The position numbers and the translations under genes were made by a program. This document shows, piece by piece, positions 12,077 to 23,752 of a stretch of DNA of 64,000 bases. The notes beneath the pieces are model-generated. The model was not told the DNA's origin. It made no database searches and saw nothing but the letters and a program-made list of their open reading frames with translations. Every line of letters starts with the position of its first letter. Within the stretch, counting starts at the first letter, position 1. Source of the stretch: Paraspadella gotoi. Its lineage: Eukaryota; Animalia; Chaetognatha. The DNA lies in assembly GCA_051294375.1 (NCBI GenBank), contig CM119264.1, positions 26,693,298 through 26,757,297 of the forward strand, written 5' to 3'.

Positions 12077-15000
12077 TTTAATTTATATAAATCGATAAAT
12101 TTAAAAAGAATATCTGACTCACCCTCGCGACGGATCACTTATCTTCGTCGGTGACTCAAACGTCACAATAGAATTTGATTTTCGAATTAATTCACCACAA
12201 AAAAAAAGTTGGGTCCCTGGATTTTTTAGATTTTTCAAAATCATTGAGGATCAATGGATTTATTTAGCCCTTTTATTTCATTTCTTCTTCATTCTCTCTT
12301 TCCTTTTTTTTTATTTCATTTTCTCACTTTTGATTCCATTTCTTTCTAAGTCATGCGATTTTCTCACTTTTAATTAAATTCCATTTAAATTCTTTTCGTG
12401 GTTTTTTTTTAGCTTTTAATTTAATTCCTCTTTAATTCTCTCCTTTCCTTTCATTTTTTTCATTCTCTCTTCATTTTTCTCTCATTTCCATTTATTTCTT
12501 TACTCCCCAAATCGACCTTTATATAATCTCATCCAATAAAGAAAGTCGGGGAAAAGAACGACGTCCCACGTCGTCCGCTCGTTCCAGATTATCTTTTCGG
12601 CTTTAAACTAAAAAAAGAAAAAAAAGAAGANNNNNNNNNNNNNNNNNNNNNNNNNNNNNNNNNNNNNNNNNNNNNNNNNNNNNNNNNNNNNNNNNNNNNN
12701 NNNNNNNNNNNNNNNNNNNNNNNNNNNNNNNNNNNNNNNNNNNNNNNNNNNNNNNNNNNNNNNNNNNNNNNNNNNNNNNNNNNNNNNNNNNNNNNNNNNN
12801 NNNNNNNNNNNNNNNNNNNNNNNNNNNNNNNNNNNNNNNNNNNNNNNNNNNNNNNNNNNTTTTTTTTTTGTATCTTCTCTCTCCTCATTGAAATTCTTCC
12901 GCGAGGCGACGTGGATTTCGTTCTCAATCTTTGGCTTTTCTCAGAAATATCATTCTTCGCGCGACAGAGTCTCTCATCGTTCACGTCTCTCAGGATTCTT
13001 GGCTTCTTCCGATCCCCAAGTATTTTTCACCCCTGATCCCTCGATCGCCCATAACCCACCCATTTTTTGTACTNNNNNNNNNNNNNNNNNNNNNNNNNNN
13101 NNNNNNNNNNNNNNNNNNNNNNNNNNNNNNNNNNNNNNNNNNNNNNNNNNNNNNNNNNNNNNNNNNNNNNNNNNNNNNNNNNNNNNNNNNNNNNNNNNNN
13201 NNNNNNNNNNNNNNNNNNNNNNNNNNNNNNNNNNNNNNNNNNNNNNNNNNNNNNNNNNNNNNNNNNNNNNNNNNNNNNNNNNNNNNNNNNNNNNNNNNNN
13301 NNNNNNNNAAAAAAAATGAATTAGGTAACATTTGGTGGAGAAAAAAAATGTGTTCGCGAGGGAATCGTGCAGAGATCCCGGCCAGTTTCATTGACTGTAG
13401 CGATCCCGGTCAATCCTCTCGCACGAAAAATCGTTTTCCGTGAATTTAGCCGAACTGGTTGTCGACGGAGGAGAACGGAAAAATTTGAAAAGTTTATAAA
13501 GTATAGCGAGGAAAAAGTGACTTAAAGAAGAAATTACAATTTAATAAGAGATCTATTAAAACACAAATATTGCTCTTTGTGTTGCCCAAAAGAATCCAGT
13601 TGATTGTCCCAGACCATCTCTTCCCTCCCTCTCCATGTTTTGTCCCACTCTTCTCTTGTTTTTGTTCTCAATTGTTCTCATCGTTTTATTTTTCATTTTC
13701 ACGATCTTTTTCTCTCGCTTCTGTCACTTTATAGTTTAAAGTTTATACTGATCCCCTAAGCCGTCTTCTTCAAATTAAAATTCGCTCTGAATTCAGTCTT
13801 CACTGCACATCGCAATCACAAACAGCCCTTTCCAATCACCCTCACCCACTTACACCCTCACCACTACCCACCCACTCACCGCTGCCTCCCAAACTTACTC
13901 GGAAAAAACCACCTTTGAAATCCCGTTTCAATTTCCGTCGGAATTTCCGATTTGACCCCCNNNNNNNNNNNNNNNNNNNNNNNNNNNNNNNNNNNNNNNN
14001 NNNNNNNNNNNNNNNNNNNNNNNNNNNNNNNNNNNNNNNNNNNNNNNNNNNNNNNNNNNNNNNNNNNNNNNNNNNNNNNNNNNNNNNNNNNNNNNNNNNN
14101 NNNNNNNNNNNNNNNNNNNNNNNNNNNNNNNNNNNNNNNNNNNNNNNNNNNNNNNNNNNNNNNNNNNNNNNNNNNNNNNNNNNNNNNNNNNNNNNNNNNN
14201 NNNNNNNNNNNNNNNNNNNNNNNNNNNNNNNNNNNNNNNNNNNNNNNNNNNNNNNNNNNNNNNNNNNNNNNNNNNNNNNNNNNNNNNNNNNNNNNNNNNN
14301 NNNNNNNNNNNNNNNNNNNNNNNNNNNNNNNNNNNNNNNNNNNNNNNNNNNNNNNNNNNNNNNNNNNNNNNNNNNNNNNNNNNNNNNNNNNNNNNNNNNN
14401 NNNNNNNNNNNNNNNNNNNNNNNNNNNNNNNNNNNNNNNNNNNNNNNNNNNNNNNNNNNNNNNNNNNNNNNNNNNNNNNNNNNNNNNNNNNNNNNNNNNN
14501 NNNNNNNNNNNNNNNNNNNNNNNNNNNNNNNNNNNNNNNNNNNNNNNNNNNNNNNNNNNNNNNNNNNNNNNNNNNNNNNNNNNNNNNNNNNNNNNNNNNN
14601 NNNNNNNNNNNNNNNNNNNNNNNNNNNNNNNNNNNNNNNNNNNNNNNNNNNNNNNNNNNNNNNNNNNNNNNNNCTCCCCTTCTCGTTTATTTAATCTTCC
14701 TTACTTTTCTCCGACCTCCGCCCATGTTCCTCCGTGAAATAGCCGCATATAACTTTTCCCCGTTTATCTTTTTCTATCGTCATTCATTTTTAATCGACTG
14801 CGCGAGAGAATCTTTATTCTGCGTTGTGAAGAAGAAAAAAGCGGGAAACTAAAAATAAAAAAAACGCCGTGAAATTTTAATGTGATTCTCCTTATTTTCT
14901 CTTGAAATAATAATATCCTTATTTAAAATTTCGTTAAAAGTTAAAACGGTAGAAATTTTACCCAAAACCTATTTTTTCGATTCATACGATATATTTTTAA

Positions 15001-15283
15001 TGCTTTCGTTTTACATATAATTTATACTTAATATAAATACATTTATCTAAACATATTTTACATATTAACACATCTTATATTCACTGTTTAAATATATATT
15101 TCAAATGAGGCTAACTAGATTCACTAAATGTTACTTTTCCAAGCTTGAATTGTTAACATTATTTTTCTTGAATTTAGTATTTTGCTCTTTTTTTTTCTCT
15201 TTTATTCTATTTTCTGCTCTTTTGTTTTCCCCATCGAGTTCCTCTTGTTGATATCAGTTTTGGAGGACTTGGTTTCATCGGAC

Positions 15284-15845
15284 TCAGCCTTTTTCCACTT
15301 TGGTGCGACCCTTAAAACATTTTTTCTTTTCTTTCTTTCTTTACTCCTCTTTTTTATTCTCTTTTTGGAAATACGTAAAAAGGCAAGAAGATGTAAACCA
15401 GCATTTGGTGCCTTTCAACACGCGTTCGGATAATAAGAATCACTTCGAAAGATGAAACTTAATTCAAAGACAAATTAGATATTTGAAACAAGTGTATGAA
15501 TATTTATTAAAAAGCACGTCATGATAAAAGTGAAGGCCAAGCAGGGTTTTCTTTATCTCCATGGAAATTAAACAATTGTCTGAGGGTAATTGAATTTTTT
15601 TTTATTCATAATATGAAAGTCTATGGATCCTATAAATTGTGATAACCTGGAAAACGATTTTAATCTTTTTTGTTTTACATCGACTTTTTGAGAATATCTT
15701 TGGATTTCTCAGAAATCCGAACTCGAGGGTTCGACTCTCAAAATCCGGAAAGGAAAGGATCTCTGTTGCGATCTCAACCGTGGCCAACCACTTTGATAGA
15801 AGATGGAATGCCAGAACCTCTAACCCCGAACCATTCCGAATGGGA
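15284..15845 (-). CDS. 3' part of a spliced gene of unknown product; exons ~15845-15647, 15579-15490, 15457-15375, 15310-15284
   Basis: GT-AG introns of 67, 32 and 64 nt. The last three exons splice in phase to DNCLISMEIKKTLLGLHFYHDVLFNKYSYTFSSFEVILIIRTRVERHQMLVYIFLPFYGRTKVEKG*. The upstream exon is open (LEVLAFHLLSKWLATVEIATEILSFPDFES...) but needs one indel to join. Confidence 0.45.
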
Positions 15846-16306
15846 AGAGAGAGAGAGAGANNNNNNNNNNNNNNNNNNNNNNNNNNNNNNNNNNNNNNNN
15901 NNNNNNNNNNNNNNNNNNNNNNNNNNNNNNNNNNNNNNNNNNNNNNNNNNNNNNNNNNNNNNNNNNNNNNNNNNNNNNNNNNNNNNNNNNNNNNNNNNNN
16001 NNNNNNNNNNNNNNNNNNNNNNNNNNNNNNNNNNNNNNNNNNNNNNNNNNNNNNCATTGACCCCGCCTCCCTCCGGCTAAATAACCCATTCCCTTTTTAT
16101 CCGGGAATAATGTGTTCGCCTTAAATGGAACAGCGGGAAAAGGGAGAAGCTGTTTTAAAAAACAATTTCAATTTGAAATAAAGACAAATCAAGCGTAAAA
16201 TAAAAAAGGAAAAGATTCTAAAACATTTTCGTGTTGAAGTTCAAATTGGTTCTCCCTTAGAATCCACGGATGGGCGCACATATCAATGAGGAGATTCTCT
16301 CTCTCT

Positions 16307-16357
<51 letters not shown>

Positions 16358-16415
16358 TTCGCTTCTGGTTTTATTTTTATTTTTATCTTTCCCCCAACAC
16401 TTGGGCCTCGTCGCG

Positions 16416-16476
16416 TCACTTCTCGTTTCTCCAGTTACGGTTTCCGGTTAAAAACTCGTCGTTTTCGTCTTCTTCA

Positions 16477-16509
<33 letters not shown>

Positions 16510-16593
16510 ACTTCCGGTTTATTCCCGGTTTTTACGATCGTCAAAACAGCGAAGATTCTCGATCCGCGAACCGCGGGTCGAATGATTCTGTTT
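16416..16593 (-). CDS. Candidate exon with poly-Asp (NRIIRPAVRGSRIFAVLTIVKTGNKPEVDDDD...EFLTGNRNWRNEK)
   Basis: Acceptor TCACTCAG before 16593; open frame in the ORF track. Confidence 0.25.
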
Positions 16594-16891
16594 CTGAGTG
16601 AAGATTTGAGAGAAAAGAAAAAATGGGGTTTGGCATAGATAAGAAGAAAGAGAAGGGAAAAAATGAAAGAAAGAGAGAGGAAAAAAATGACCAAAATCGA
16701 AGGATTAGCAGAACAAGAAAGCTATAATCGTTTAATCTCATATGAATATTGCAGTACTCGAAATTTACTCTGTTTAAAATCTAAGACTTATTTTTTAGTA
16801 CATAAAAAATAAAAATCGTCATTCATCCTAAATAATAATAGGCCGGAATTTTTTTTTTTGAGAGGATAAATGATTAACTTTGGATATTAAC

Positions 16892-18200
16892 TTGGCGTTT
16901 GAGATTCATGTCGTCATGTCGGGTGAAAAAAATAAATTCAAGTATAGATTGGTGACGAAGGAATCGTCTGAAAATGACATTTTTTATTATCTTCATTAGC
17001 GTCTCTTTGTTTATATATATATATATATAAAACAAAGAAAACATAACAGCGTTTTTTTCTTATTAAAAAAAATCGTTTATGCTTTATGTTTTCGTTTTTG
17101 TATTTTTTTTTCATATCTTTTGTTTTTGTTTTTACGCATTATCTTTGAACGTTTAAAAAAAAACGTAGTTGCGTTATATTTAGATATAATACTTCTTACG
17201 AAAATTCGCTCTTTGGTCTCTTTGGTCTGGGGGCAGTATTGAAATGATTATGATAAAATGGTTTAGTCAACACCGCTGCTCTTAGATATATTGCTAAAGT
17301 CGATAAATTTTCACAGTTAGCATCTGCGTGATAATTCTTCAATTATAAAGTTTTACTCGGAAACAAACAAAAAATCTCAATTCTTTTCGAGGCGAAAGTT
17401 TCTTCGCATAAAATCGTTTCTTTGAAACTTTTAAAGTCTTCGACGCATTCACCAGCGTTTAAGCTATTTGCGGCGCCTTCTTCGTCTTCCTTTTCTTTGC
17501 CTTCTTTATTTTCGTTACCATCTTTGCCTTCTACGCCGACTTTGACTCATCTACCCTCTTTGCCTACTTTGCCTTCTTTATTTTCGTTACCTTTTTTTTT
17601 ATTGTAGGTCTTCTTTGGCTTATCGACCGTCTTCTTCATTTTCTTTGACTGATTTTCCTTTGCGTTCTTTCTTTCTTTTTACGATTTTCTTTCTTTGCTC
17701 TCTTTGCCTTCTTTTCTTCCTACAAATTATTTTTCTTTGCTACTCAAAGTTTTCACCCTCTACGCAGCAACTTTCTTGCTGCTGCTGCTGCTGCTGCTGC
17801 TGACGGCATTTCCGCTTCCACCGCCTCCCTCCTGCGCCTTCGCCACCCCCTCCCCCGAATCATCTCCCTCGAGTTTACAAGGACAACTTTTCGTTCGGAG
17901 TTCAAAGTCGTAAACAACGTCGCTCGGAGGCGGAAGCAGCGTCGCCGCCCCTGCCGCCGCTGCCGCCGCTGCCGCCACTGCCGCCGCCGCCTCCGCTCGG
18001 AAGCGACGACGTCAAGGATGTCGAGGGCGACGTCAAAATCAGGAGAATAACGAAGCTGAATGACAATCTCACTGACGCGAAAAAAATAAAACCTGACAAT
18101 GTTTGACAGATGACATAATAGAATTGTCGAGATTATGACGACAGTTTGACCGACGAGACAAGAATAGTGACTGACAGACGAATTTATAGTCGGAAAAGGC
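16892..18200 (-). CDS. Fragmentary multi-exon gene: hydrophobic N-region, Gly/Ser linker, KEG/GNENKEGK charged repeats, Cys-containing segment
   Basis: A 37-nt intron (18056-18092) joins ...CHLSNIVS|FVILLILTSPS...; a 45-nt intron (17324-17368) joins ...ECVEDFKSFKETILCEETFASKRIEIF|YANCENLSTLAIYLRAAVL.... Exon 17323-17200 ends at GTAAGA; a further acceptor precedes 16967. The middle has in-frame stops. Confidence 0.4.
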
Positions 18201-18785
18201 AGTCGAACGACGACGACGACGACGACGGGACGACGAAGAGCGACGTCGCGACGATGACGACGGACGACGCGTGAACGACGAAACACGGGAGGATTATTAG
18301 AAAAGGAGCGAAGTCACTTTATCTCGAAAATCGTTCCCCGTTTCTGCCCGAATTTACTTTTCTCTTAAGTTTCTTTTCTTCTCTTTTCAATTGTCGAAGG
18401 CGTCACTTTGACTTTTCTTTTCTTTGTTTCTCTTCTCTTTCTTCCTCCCTCTTCTCTTCCCCCCCCTTCTCCTTCCTCCTTCCTCCGCTTTCGCTTTCTT
18501 CTCTCATCCACATTCACACCTTTCTTACCTTCCATGCGCCGGCGTGACTAGCGGTACATTCCTATTCTTCCTTCCTCGACCGCGCTTTTTTCTTCTTTTT
18601 CCCTTACCTTTTCTTTCTCCACTTTCTTTTAGTCCTCCGCTATTCCTTCCTTTCCTCCTTGCCTCCACTTTTCTTTCCTTTCTTTCCTTCCTCCACTTTT
18701 CTTTGCCCTTTCTTTCCTTCCTCCTCCAACTTTCTTTCCTTTCCTCCTTTCCTTNNNNNNNNNNNNNNNNNNNNNNNNNGATAAC

Positions 18786-18912
18786 CCGGTTGTAGCAGGG
18801 GAAGAGAGTTTGAGACCCGGATGTAACCGGGGAGAATCGCAGTACCGGATGTAACCAAACAGAAGTGCAAACTCGGATGTAACCGCGAAGAAGCAAAGAC
18901 TCGGATGGAACC
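18786..18912 (+). repeat. Phased array: five (C/T)CGGATGTAACC-like cores with variable linkers
   Basis: Cores start at 18786, 18817, 18845, 18873 and 18901 (spacing 31, 28, 28, 28). Confidence 0.75.
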
Positions 18913-19279
18913 GGGACGGGATGAAGGGGCGCCAGACTATGGAATCGCTTTTCCCGCCGGAGATGTGAGGGTCTCTTTGGTTCTGTCATGGAATATTGTG
19001 GGTTTTTTTTTTCGAGACGAGACTTCGATTCGCCAAACGGAAACTGGCGCCGGTCGTTTGTCGTCGTCGTTATCGTTAGTCGTTGTTGTCGTTGTCGTCG
19101 TCGTTGTCGTCGTCGTCGTTTTCGTCGTCGTAAATGCTAAAGTGATAAGTTTTTAAAAGATTTATAAGATTTAGAATTTTATAGCAAAAAAATCTAATTT
19201 TCAACTATATTACTATATTCTACTATATACTCAACGATGTAAATATTACTTATAAACGATTATCATTTCCCTCACATTT

Positions 19280-19350
19280 CATCATCATCATCATCATCGA
19301 CATTCTATTTTATCATCATCATCATCATCATCATCATCATCTTCATCATT

Positions 19351-19415
<65 letters not shown>

Positions 19416-19550
19416 AATGATCATCGACATCTCGTTTGTCATCATCATCATCATCATCATCAGCATCATCAGCATCATCATCACCATCATCATCATATTC
19501 ATCATCATCATCATCATCATAATCATCATCGACATTCTCGTTTATCATCA
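19280..19550 (+). repeat. Interrupted (ATC)n microsatellite
   Basis: Seen directly; TCATCGACAT interruption recurs three times. Confidence 0.95.
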
Positions 19551-20292
19551 TCCTTTGGAAGAAAAAAGCGAGGAAAGAATTATCGCGTCCACAGCTGCGC
19601 AATTTTTTTCCCCTTTTTTTCGAAACNNNNNNNNNNNNNNNNNNNNNNNNNNNNNNNNNNNNNNNNNNNNNNNNNNNNNNNNNNNNNNNNNNNNNNNNNN
19701 NNNNNNNNNNNNNNNNNNNNNNNNNNNNNNNNNNNNNNNNNNNNNNNNNNNNNNNNNNNNNNNNNNNNNNNNNNNNNNNNNNNNNNNNNNNNNNNNNNNN
19801 NNNNNNNNNNNNNNNNNNNNNNNNNNNNNNNNNNNNNNNNNNNNNNNNNNNNNNNNNNNNNNNNNNNNNNNNNNNNNNNNNNNNNNNNNNNNNNNNNNNN
19901 NNNNNNNNNNNNNNNNNNNNNNNNNNNNNNNNNNNNNNNNNNNNNNNNNNNNNNNNNNNNNNNNNNNNNNNNNNNNNNNNNNNNNNNNNNNNNNNNNNNN
20001 NNNNNNNNNNNNNNNNNNNNNNNNNNNNNNNNNNNNNNNNNNNNNNNNNNNNNNNNNNNNNNNNNNNNNNNNNTTTTCTCCTGCGACGCGACGACTCGCA
20101 CCAAATTATTCTTCGTTTTGTGGAGACATCAGCGATGTGGATGGGGATATTTTGTGGTCAATAAGTTAAAAGTGGGCGTTTAGTAAAATTAAATTACATA
20201 ATACTAGTGAATTAGTGAGAATTAAGAATTAAGAATTGTTACTGTTTCTGATTATGTTTTTGGTGTTAATTTTTGGCGTGTGAAATGATTAT

Positions 20293-20293
20293 T

Positions 20294-20350
<57 letters not shown>

Positions 20351-20368
20351 ATGACGACGACGATGATG
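20293..20368 (+). repeat. (GAT)n/(GAC)n microsatellite
   Basis: Seen directly. Confidence 0.95.
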
Positions 20369-20459
20369 AGCATCTGGTTTGAAGTTGATAGTGATCTGGT
20401 GATTGAAATCTGTTGTGGGTGAGTAACCGCTCTTATTGTGAAAATGTTGAAAGACTCAC

Positions 20460-20608
20460 TTCGGGTCTCTCACCGTGACACGACGTGTAGGTTCTTCGAC
20501 GGGGCGATGCCGGAGCCGCCGTTGACACTGCCGACGCTGCCGACGCAGGCGCCGACGCTGCCGACGCCAGTGACACGGGTTTGATTGATGTCATTCTTCC
20601 TCTCGAAA
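20460..20608 (-). CDS. Candidate Ala/Ser-rich exon (SRGRMTSIKPVSLASAASAPASAASAVSTAAPASPRRRTYTSCHGERPE)
   Basis: Polypyrimidine tract with a TCTCAG acceptor, a GTGAGT donor and an open frame between them. Confidence 0.35.
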
Positions 20609-21230
20609 CTGAGACCAGAAAAAAAAAAGCGAAGACAAATAAACAAACGAAAAAAACATAAACAAACAAGAAATTCGGAGTCGAATGTCGAACCGTCGCT
20701 GTTGACGTCGTCGTCGTCGTCGTCGTCGTCGTCGTTCGCTTCAGAGTCATTGTCGTCGTCGTCAACATAATCGTCATCGTCATTTGTGACTTGGTCGCTT
20801 ATCGGGCGATGATGCCGGTTTTTTTACCGGAAAAATCGGCATCATGACGAAGATGACAAAGAAGAAGAAAGTAATGACGAAGGAGATGAAAGAGACGGAC
20901 CGAATGGAACGAAACGATGACAGAAATGGAGAAAACAANNNNNNNNNNNNNNNNNNNNNNNNNNNNNNNNNNNNNNNNNNNNNNNNNNNNNNNNNNNNNN
21001 NNNNNNNNNNNNNNNNNNNNNNNNNNNNNNNNNNNNNNNNNNNNNNNNNNNNNNNNNNNNNNNNNNNNNNNNNNNNNNNNNNNNNNNNNNNNNNNNNNNN
21101 NNNNNNNNNNNNNNNNNNNNNNNNNNNNNNNNNNNNNNNNNNNNNNNNNNNNNNNNNNNNNNNNNNNNNNNNNNNNNNNNNNNNNNNNNNNNNNNNNNNN
21201 NNNNNNNTTAATCTAAAACAAAAGAAAAGA

Positions 21231-21830
21231 AAAAAAGTTGGATTTCGCGTGAGAGGCCACTGCACTCGTGATCGATGGGTCTCCTTACCCTTTCCGTTCC
21301 GACCTCACCCGCTCTCAATTGAGGGGAGGCTTCCCTCAGGAAACCGACGGTCAGGGAAAGAGGAAGAGGGAACTGGATCACTCTTTCAAGCTTACCTTCA
21401 AGGAACTCAACATCAAATTTTCTTCTCTAAATAAACCACGCCTACTTAGATTCGTTGACAATATGAGTACATGACCGACAATGGATCTGTTTAAATTACA
21501 TAGCAGAGCGAGATAGGTACAAACGGATTTACACGAACACCGAGTTCGCACTAACAAGTGGGCTACCAACGCCCGCGTCCCGCTTATACTTGTGTGAATC
21601 AGCATGGGCGCGAACCGAGTCTCTCACCTTGGGCTCGTCCAAGCAGAGTCTCGACGAGCTTGTCAAAGGCCTCTGTCTGGGGCGTTGTTGCGGATCATCC
21701 TGCTTGGTAGCCGAGACAGACGCCGGCCTTCTCTTGTCAGAGAGACGAAGGCCTCCAATGCTAGATGCCGTAGTTGCCTTCAGCAGAGGAAAGGGGGTTT
21801 GGGTGCGGGGGGATTCAAAATGTATCTAAA
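21231..21830. mobile_element. GC-balanced island, putative TE fragment A
   Basis: Microsatellite-free, compositionally distinct, and shares its first ~45 nt with the 23.4 kb island; no recognisable TE domain. Confidence 0.3.
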
Positions 21831-22464
21831 ATATCATTAAATACATATTTTTAATATTAGTTAAATTTAGGCAATTTGGCAATTTTAATACTGTAAATGG
21901 ATTTATATTTAAAATTTTTAGCTTATGTTTGTTATTAAATGTTCCTATTCCTCATTCTCGCCCTTTTATTTAATTTTCTTTTCCTTTTTCTTAAACTTTA
22001 TTTCATTTTAATCATTTTTCTATTTTCATTTACATCTATTTCGTCCAATTTTCCTGTTTTCCTCTTCCTAACTTCCATCCGCTTTTAATTCATTTCCTCC
22101 CAATTTCCGTCATTTTTCTTCATTTCCTTTCTTTCTTTCTCCAAATTTCCGTCCACTTTCATTTCCTTTTTCTCATTTCCTTCTTCCTCGTTCCATGGTT
22201 ACTTTTCCTTTTCATACATTTCCTTTTTCCTCATTTTTTTTCCCTCAATTTTCTTTTTTCCAGCAAATTTCCTCCACTTCAATTTTCTCCCTTTTTTCAT
22301 TCGAAATTATTTCTTCATATTTTCCGCCTTTTACGAATCGCCTCAACGATTTCCATCACAACATTTCTTAACATTTTTTTCATAAGTGAAAATGTTCGCG
22401 TTGATACGGTTGGCGTTTGAATTATCGTTCTTCTCGCAATTGGCGGGGAGCGAGGAGCGAGAGA

Positions 22465-22511
<47 letters not shown>

Positions 22512-22561
22512 CCGGTAACGACGTCGTATCGAGAGAGAGAGATGACGAGCACCGATGAGAG

Positions 22562-22750
22562 TCAGACGTCGAGTTTACCCCCGTCAACGATAAATCGTTG
22601 TCCGGTGCAGTCATGTGCAGATAGTGTTATGGATCCCAGTTTGGAGATCCGCGACAGTAAAAACACTTCGACCGAGTACGCTTGGCGTCGCGATGCCGGT
22701 TTTAATTTTCTTTTGATGTGCGAATCCGAGAAAATATCAGGCATCACAAT
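22562..22750 (-). CDS. Coding-like segment (MPDIFSDSHIKRKLKPASRRQAYSVEVFLLSRISKLGSITLSAHDCTGQRFIVDGGKLDV)
   Basis: Complex open frame in the ORF track; no homology recognised. Confidence 0.25.
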   Translation of the reverse strand: MVMPDIFSDSHIKRKLKPASRRQAYSVEVFLLSRISKLGSITLSAHDCTGQRFIVDGGKLDV

Positions 22751-23402
22751 GTAACGCAAGCATGACAAAGAAAGAAGAATGAATAATGAAACGTAAACGA
22801 AGAGGTAGATGAATAGAGAAATTGGGACCAGATGAGAGACCATGGAAAGAAAACCGCGTAAAAATAAGACGAAATATAGGGAGAGGCAGAAAAGAATTAG
22901 ATTGAGAGAGAGAGAGGGAGGAAGAACAAAATCGAGATTGATAGAGAAACAGAAGAGAGAGAGAGAGAGAATAAGAGAGGAATTTTTAGAGAAACGCACT
23001 TAGCTGACAAACGAGTAGTCCTGAGAATTCAAGAGAGTAAAGAAGAGAAAAAAGCGGAAATCGATGAATTCGCAGAGAGAAGAGAACTGTGAAGAGGAGA
23101 GAAAGATAAGTAAGAAGTTATGACATGAATAATTGATAAGAATGTTTACTGTAAAATCATTAAATGTAAGTATATGAATACATATAAAGATTTTAACTTG
23201 ATATTGTTTATAAAGAAAAAGTCGTTATCATTTTAGATGTGATCACAACTCGCTATATTTTTTTTTTATTTATTTAAATATGTATTTCCTCATTGTATTA
23301 CTAATGTACTTCATATAAATTACGACATTTATTAGAAGGAGCATGTCATCTGGATCTTCCTTTCCTACTTTTTTAATCTTAAAAGCAATAAATGAAATAA
23401 GA

Positions 23403-23752
23403 AAAACAAAAAGTTGATTTCGCGTGGTAGAGAGGTGTCCACACTGGCCAAACTACGTGATGCGAGAGGAAAGTAGCGGACGCAGACGTTACAACGGACC
23501 GACAATGATCGCTTGAGCAGCAGAGAAACACCTCGTAAGAGATTTTGTCGCTCAGATCCTTTGATGTCGCCCGAATATTCCCTGCAACTCTTGCTCTATC
23601 AGGGTCATCACTTTCTGTCGAGTTGGCAAGCAAACTTGGACTTGGGACGGTGCTCACAGTGGAAGACCCTGTGCACCTGATACTAGGGTCATCAATGAAA
23701 CGAGAATGCACGGTACTAGGAAACTCATTATCCTCATTCTATTCGGATCACT
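23403..23752. mobile_element. GC-balanced island, putative TE fragment B (or exon)
   Basis: Begins AAAAAGTTGATTTCGCGTG..AGAGG..CCAC like the 21.2 kb island; the minus strand has a signal-peptide-like frame MRIMSFLVPCILVSLMTLVSGAQG. Confidence 0.3.

Noticed and set aside
15375-15700. Cys-loop ligand-gated ion channel resemblance (C..FPDNC; LIIRTR..YIFLP)
   Set aside because: Cys spacing and the distance to the TM1-like segment do not fit, and the frame ends straight afterwards.
18786-18912. Mini-CRISPR interpretation
   Set aside because: A 12-nt repeat and 16-nt spacers are too short, the spacers resemble one another, and there are no cas genes.
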